Source: Promethearchaeota archaeon (GTDB lineage Archaea; Asgardarchaeota; Lokiarchaeia; Sigyniarchaeales; SOKP01). Taken from it: a DNA stretch of 13,599 nucleotides. Positions 8,806 through 13,599 of this stretch are shown in pieces. Every line of letters starts with the position of its first letter. Positions within the stretch are counted from its first letter, which is position 1. The notes beneath the pieces are model-generated. The model was not told the DNA's origin, searched no databases, and worked only from the letters and a program-made list of their open reading frames with translations. The translations under genes were made by a program, and so were the position numbers. Location: NCBI GenBank assembly GCA_016926735.1, contig JAFGOA010000035.1, forward strand, positions 1 through 13,599, written 5' to 3'.

Positions 8806-9023
8806 CAAATTTCGATAATATACTAAAATAAAATGGTATTACATATTAAAATTTATATTATAATTATCAATATGAGGTATCTATCATTAAAATTCACGCT
8901 TAACATTTTAAAAATAATCAATCTTAAATTTAATTATTTAATTTCATATTTATATCATAATATAAAGAAAATAAAAAATAAACAAAGTGATTTCTAATTT
9001 CTTTTGAAGAATTCAGCAAAAAA

Positions 9024-10202
9024 TTGGCCAAATTAATGAAAAATACTGATGAAATTGAAATTAAAGATGTTGATATTTTTGCGGAGTATTTAGAATTTCA
9101 GATGTTACCTAACATTATTTCTAATGCAGCTCAATCATTAGGGATGCCTTCAATTCAAGAATTAAAAAAACCAGAATGGGTTTCATCTAAATTTAATCTA
9201 ACGGTAAATTATCCTGGAGAAATTGAAACAATCCAATTTATACGCAAGAACGGTAAGACAGCTACAATTGGAGGAGAAAAAGTGCCTCCATTTTACAATT
9301 TTCTCGGATTAGAAAAAAAAAATCCAAACCCTCCATTAGTTACCTATGATGTATTTGATATGGGTGATAAAATGATGCTTCCAAAACCGATTAAAGAAGA
9401 ATATGGCGAAGTTTTAGGGAATCCAGCTGAATGGGCTAAATTTGCCGTTGAGAAATTTGGTGCTGAATGTATAACTTTCCATTCTTTAGGTATAGATCCT
9501 GGTACATTAGATTGGCCTATTTCAAAATCAAGGAAAATTTTTGAAGATATACTTCAGACTGTTAAAGTTCCTGTAATAATTGGATGTTCTGGTAATAAAG
9601 AAAAAGATGTAGAATTGTTTAAAGAATTATCTGAAATATCTCAAGATGATGTATTGATGCTTTCTGCAGCAGATAAAGCAACATGGGAAGAAATAATTCC
9701 TCTTGCTGTAAAATTTGACCATAATTGTCTATTATGGACATCATTAGATTTAAATAATCAGATTAAAATGAATAAAGATGCAATTGAATTAGGTCTTCCA
9801 AGAGACCGAATTGTCATGGACCCAACTTGTGCAACATTAGGGTATGGAATGGAATATAGTTTTAGTATTTATCAACGAATGAGGATAGCAGGATTATTAG
9901 GAGAAAAAGATTTAGCTTTTCCTATTAGTGGAGGAACTACCAATGCTTGGGGAGCACGTGAAGCTTGGATGAGTGAATCAAAAACTCCAAGTGACTGGGG
10001 AAAAAGAGAATATAGAGGTCCTATTTGGGAAATATTAAATGCATTATCTTTAGCGTTGGTTGGGCTTGATTTGGCAATGATGTTCCATCCAATCGCAGCA
10101 AGTCATATAAAAGATATATCCTCTCAATTCTTTAGTGAAATTCCGAAATCTCTCAATGAATTAGGATATTATGAGTGGGTTTCAAATCAAATTAAATATT
10201 AA
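9024..10202 (+). CDS. cdhD: acetyl-CoA decarbonylase/synthase complex delta subunit (corrinoid Fe-S protein small subunit)
   Basis: TIGGE, NPAEWAK, PVIIGCSGNKEKD, IVMDPT, LGYGMEY, NAWGAREAW, WGKREYRGPIWE, MMFHP; acidic N-terminal extension of the archaeal type. The start may be up to 9 codons upstream. Confidence 0.9.
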   Translation: MAKLMKNTDEIEIKDVDIFAEYLEFQMLPNIISNAAQSLGMPSIQELKKPEWVSSKFNLTVNYPGEIETIQFIRKNGKTATIGGEKVPPFYNFLGLEKKNPNPPLVTYDVFDMGDKMMLPKPIKEEYGEVLGNPAEWAKFAVEKFGAECITFHSLGIDPGTLDWPISKSRKIFEDILQTVKVPVIIGCSGNKEKDVELFKELSEISQDDVLMLSAADKATWEEIIPLAVKFDHNCLLWTSLDLNNQIKMNKDAIELGLPRDRIVMDPTCATLGYGMEYSFSIYQRMRIAGLLGEKDLAFPISGGTTNAWGAREAWMSESKTPSDWGKREYRGPIWEILNALSLALVGLDLAMMFHPIAASHIKDISSQFFSEIPKSLNELGYYEWVSNQIKY

Positions 10203-10206
10203 CGGA

Positions 10207-10223
10207 TTTTTTCTTTTCTTTTT
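10207..10223 (+). terminator. oligo-T terminator candidate after cdhD
   Basis: TTTTTTCTTTTCTTTTT starting 4 nt after the stop codon. Confidence 0.55.
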
Positions 10224-10368
10224 AATATAAAACCAAGAATAACACATTATAACTTTAAACATGTATTTTCTCAATTATATAAAGCATTTTCCCATTTAAT
10301 AAAGATTTAAATATTAAAAATATAAATATAATACTTAATCTTTTTTTAAAAAATAAAGAAAAATAAAA

Positions 10369-10878
10369 ATGCCAGATATATATATACCTATTAATTATTC
10401 TAACTTATTTAAATTAATACCTGAGGGAGAAGATATAATTTATAGTACTTTATGTGAAGTTAAGCTCTTTTTAGGAACATACAAACATACATGGAAATCT
10501 CATGTTTTAATCACTCCCAATTATGTTGCATTTACTCATCCGGAATTAAAAATGTTTAAATATAGTCCTCTTAATAGTATGATAGATGGTGCTTTAAAAT
10601 TAATAATTGTAGAATTAGGATTAATAGAACAACTTAAAATAGATACATTCATATGTGTTATATTTAATTTTAAGTTAGAAAGAGAACCAAACCATGAATC
10701 AAAAGAGATTTTTAAAAATCGCAAAAAGACCTTTCAGAGTACTATATTACCATATTTAATTCCTGCAAAAAAGAAAATATTATCTTTTATACAATCTGAT
10801 CCCAATCAACAAAAATATGATAGATTATTTGGAAAAAGACTAAACAGAGAACTTCCAAAATTAGAAAAATTATTATAA
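10369..10878 (+). CDS. hypothetical protein (possibly PH-like fold)
   Basis: 169-aa ORF with ATG start that fills the gap between cdhD and tusA, followed by a T9 run at 10894-10902; no family confidently recognised. Confidence 0.7.
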   Translation: MPDIYIPINYSNLFKLIPEGEDIIYSTLCEVKLFLGTYKHTWKSHVLITPNYVAFTHPELKMFKYSPLNSMIDGALKLIIVELGLIEQLKIDTFICVIFNFKLEREPNHESKEIFKNRKKTFQSTILPYLIPAKKKILSFIQSDPNQQKYDRLFGKRLNRELPKLEKLL

Positions 10879-10974
10879 TAATGTTGTTAATGGTTTTTTT
10901 TTATTGATATTAATAAGGATAATTATTAATTTTTGAATTTAATATAATTAAAGATATTATTAATCAATTTCCAG

Positions 10975-11205
10975 TTAATTTTGTTTTTGAATTTTAAGGT
11001 AATAGTTTTCTCCTTCAATTTTATGCTCAATAACCCGGTGACCTTCATTTTCTATAAACCTTTTAATATTTTCGGATGCCTCAGCAAAATCTCCTGTAAT
11101 TTCTAAAACATCTCCAATTTCCATTTCGTTTAATTTTCTTTTCGTTTTGGCCACAGGCATAGGACATACTAAACCTTCACATTTTAAGATATAGTTATTT
11201 TTCAT
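10975..11205 (-). CDS. tusA: TusA/SirA-family sulfur carrier protein
   Basis: 76 aa; GLVCPMP (CPxP persulfide Cys), GDVLEI, GH motif and C-terminal beta strand. Confidence 0.88.
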   Translation of the reverse strand: MKNNYILKCEGLVCPMPVAKTKRKLNEMEIGDVLEITGDFAEASENIKRFIENEGHRVIEHKIEGENYYLKIQKQN

Positions 11206-11226
11206 CTTTATTCATCTCAATTATGT

Positions 11227-11586
11227 TTAAGCGAATAATATATTATCTGCTTCCATGCACATATCAAGAAATCCATTCATAGTTGTTTTTTCAATTCCAT
11301 CAATAAGTTCGTCATCTATTAAACCTCTTGATTTCATACAAACTCCACACGCTTTAATCATTGCTCCTTCTTCCAAAATATCTTTAATCCATTTTCCAAC
11401 ATTATCAAATATATTTGGATCTTGATTTTTTTTGCCTACAAATATACCATCTTCAACAAGAAATATATTTACTTTATTTCCATCTAGTAGTGCTGTATAA
11501 GCGAATCTTACCATTGTATATGGTCGTTCTTTAGAATATGCACCATCTCCTATTACTATTGTAAAAGTCTTTTTTTTCTCTTCCAT
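11227..11586 (-). CDS. DsrE/DsrF-family sulfur relay protein
   Basis: IFLVEDGI, ACGVCMKSRG (CxxCxxxRG), C-terminal ADNILF. Start moved to ATG 11586 (119 aa), preceded by SD-like AAGGA; the upstream extension to 11667 looks like promoter DNA. Confidence 0.85.
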   Translation of the reverse strand: MEEKKKTFTIVIGDGAYSKERPYTMVRFAYTALLDGNKVNIFLVEDGIFVGKKNQDPNIFDNVGKWIKDILEEGAMIKACGVCMKSRGLIDDELIDGIEKTTMNGFLDMCMEADNILFA

Positions 11587-11671
11587 TGCTATTATCCTTT
11601 TTTCAATTTTATATATTATTACATTTTTAATTATATCATAATTTTTAAAAATTATTAATTTTTTCAATATG

Positions 11672-11694
11672 ATTTATCTAAATTATCGATAAAT
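11672..11694. promoter_or_regulatory. LysR-type operator ATTTATC-N9-GATAAAT
   Basis: Perfect 7-bp inverted repeat with 9-bp spacer, containing ATC-N9-GAT (T11677-N11-A11689), in the divergent gap between dsrE and the LysR gene. Confidence 0.7.
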
Positions 11695-11770
11695 ATTAAA
11701 TGTGAAAAATACTTAATGAAATAATATATAACCCTGCAATTAAGATAATTAAAAATACTAAAAGAAAATA

Positions 11771-12664
11771 ATGAGAATTGAATATATTAAATCATTCATT
11801 AGGTTAAGTCAATCAAAGAGCTTCTCAAGAGTATCAAAAGAACTAAATTTATCACAAAGCACACTTTCCCATAGAATAAGTCAACTAGAAGAAGAATTAG
11901 GTAATATTAAGCTAATTGATAGAACAACAAAAAAGTTTGAATTAACACAACAAGGTATGTTATTTTTAGAATATGCCCAAAAGATCGTAGAATTATATAA
12001 TGAATGTCAAGAAAAATTAGATAATTTACAAGAAGAAATATCTGAAACTATAATAATTACAGCTTCTACACTTCCGGGGACTCATATTTTGCCAGATTTT
12101 TTAACAAAATTTAAAGAACTTTATCCTCAAGTTTATTTTAAGATTTTGATAAATAATTCTGATGAATCTATAAATATATTATCACAGAATAAAGCAAATT
12201 TTGCAGGAATTGGAAGTTTCATGAATAATATTAGAAATGAATTTGATTATCTAAAAATAGGTGAAGATAAATTGGTTTTTATTTGTTCTCCTAATCATGA
12301 ATTATTGAATAACAATACAATTCGTTTTGAAGATCTTAAAAAATATCCATTTATTTCTAGAGAAAAAGGTTCTGGAACTAGAATGGTTTTTGAAAACCAG
12401 TTTCCTAGATTTAACGAGTTAAATTTTAAATTAGAAATAAATAATAATGATTCGATTATCTCAGCTGTAAATGGTTCAAATTATATATCTATATTGAGCG
12501 AATTAATCGCTAAAAAAGCTGAAAAAGCAGGATTAATAAAAATAATTAATTTAGAGGGAGCAGAATATATAGCTAAACGAAATATATATTTTTTAAAATC
12601 AAAAAATCATAAATTTGAGACATTAAAAAAAGAATTTTGGAGTTATTTAAAAGAAAAAATCTAA
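11771..12664 (+). CDS. LysR-family transcriptional regulator (CysL-like / selenium-metabolism-associated type)
   Basis: SFSRVSKELNLSQSTLSHRISQLEEELG...LIDRTTKKFELTQQG HTH; ASTLPGTHILP and FISREKGSGTR effector-domain motifs typical of CysL-like LTTRs; 297 aa. Confidence 0.92.
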   Translation: MRIEYIKSFIRLSQSKSFSRVSKELNLSQSTLSHRISQLEEELGNIKLIDRTTKKFELTQQGMLFLEYAQKIVELYNECQEKLDNLQEEISETIIITASTLPGTHILPDFLTKFKELYPQVYFKILINNSDESINILSQNKANFAGIGSFMNNIRNEFDYLKIGEDKLVFICSPNHELLNNNTIRFEDLKKYPFISREKGSGTRMVFENQFPRFNELNFKLEINNNDSIISAVNGSNYISILSELIAKKAEKAGLIKIINLEGAEYIAKRNIYFLKSKNHKFETLKKEFWSYLKEKI

Positions 12665-12683
12665 TCTAATTTATCTAACTTCC

Positions 12684-12716
12684 ACCAGAAAGTCACGCAC
12701 TTTAGGGATTGATAGT

Positions 12717-12720
<4 letters not shown>
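12684..12720 (+). mobile_element. possible decayed IS200/IS605-family right end (repeat copy A)
   Basis: ACCAGAAAGTCACGCAC-TTTA-GGGATTGA-TAGTTCAT: GC-rich imperfect hairpin with a TTTA loop followed by TAGTTCA, resembling IS605/IS1341 right ends as I recall them. No tnpA or tnpB in the window. Confidence 0.4.

Positions 12721-13599
<879 letters not shown>

Noticed and set aside
10536-10724. 62-aa minus-strand ORF
   Set aside because: Antisense shadow of the 169-aa gene.
10903-10968. Imperfect long inverted repeat (ATTGAT...ATCAAT) between convergent genes
   Set aside because: Almost entirely A/T with a gapped alignment; not distinguishable from background.
11587-11667. 27-codon N-terminal extension of DsrE in the ORF track
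   Set aside because: Low-complexity AT sequence overlapping the promoter region; an SD precedes ATG 11586 and 119 aa fits the family.

Overview
Very AT-rich archaeal DNA, most likely Lokiarchaeia/Promethearchaeota (Asgard). The evidence is a Loki-CTERM-type IPGY-TM-basic sorting tail, an archaeal-type CdhD, a TrmB-type HTH regulator, a GAGGTGA Shine-Dalgarno and oligo-T terminators. The window holds a diaminopimelate lysine cluster (dapA-dapB convergent with dapF-lysA, with no dapL or dapD/C/E), a TrmB-like regulator with an unrecognised C-terminal domain, and leuC-leuD (aconitase family). Next come a Loki-CTERM surface protein, a probable exported SGNH-like protein whose membrane anchor has no in-frame canonical start, a stand-alone cdhD and a hypothetical gene. 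A dsrE-tusA sulfur-carrier pair is divergent from a CysL-like LysR regulator, and a 5'-truncated membrane protein gene runs into a poly-A end. The most notable non-coding signals are a perfect LysR box (ATTTATC-N9-GATAAAT), a TGTCA-A-TGACA operator in front of the TrmB-like gene, two copies of an ACCAGAAAGTCA-N5-TTTA element resembling a decayed IS200/IS605 right end, and two genes suggesting ATT initiation or an A8 frameshift. All calls come from motif recognition by eye; no searches were run.
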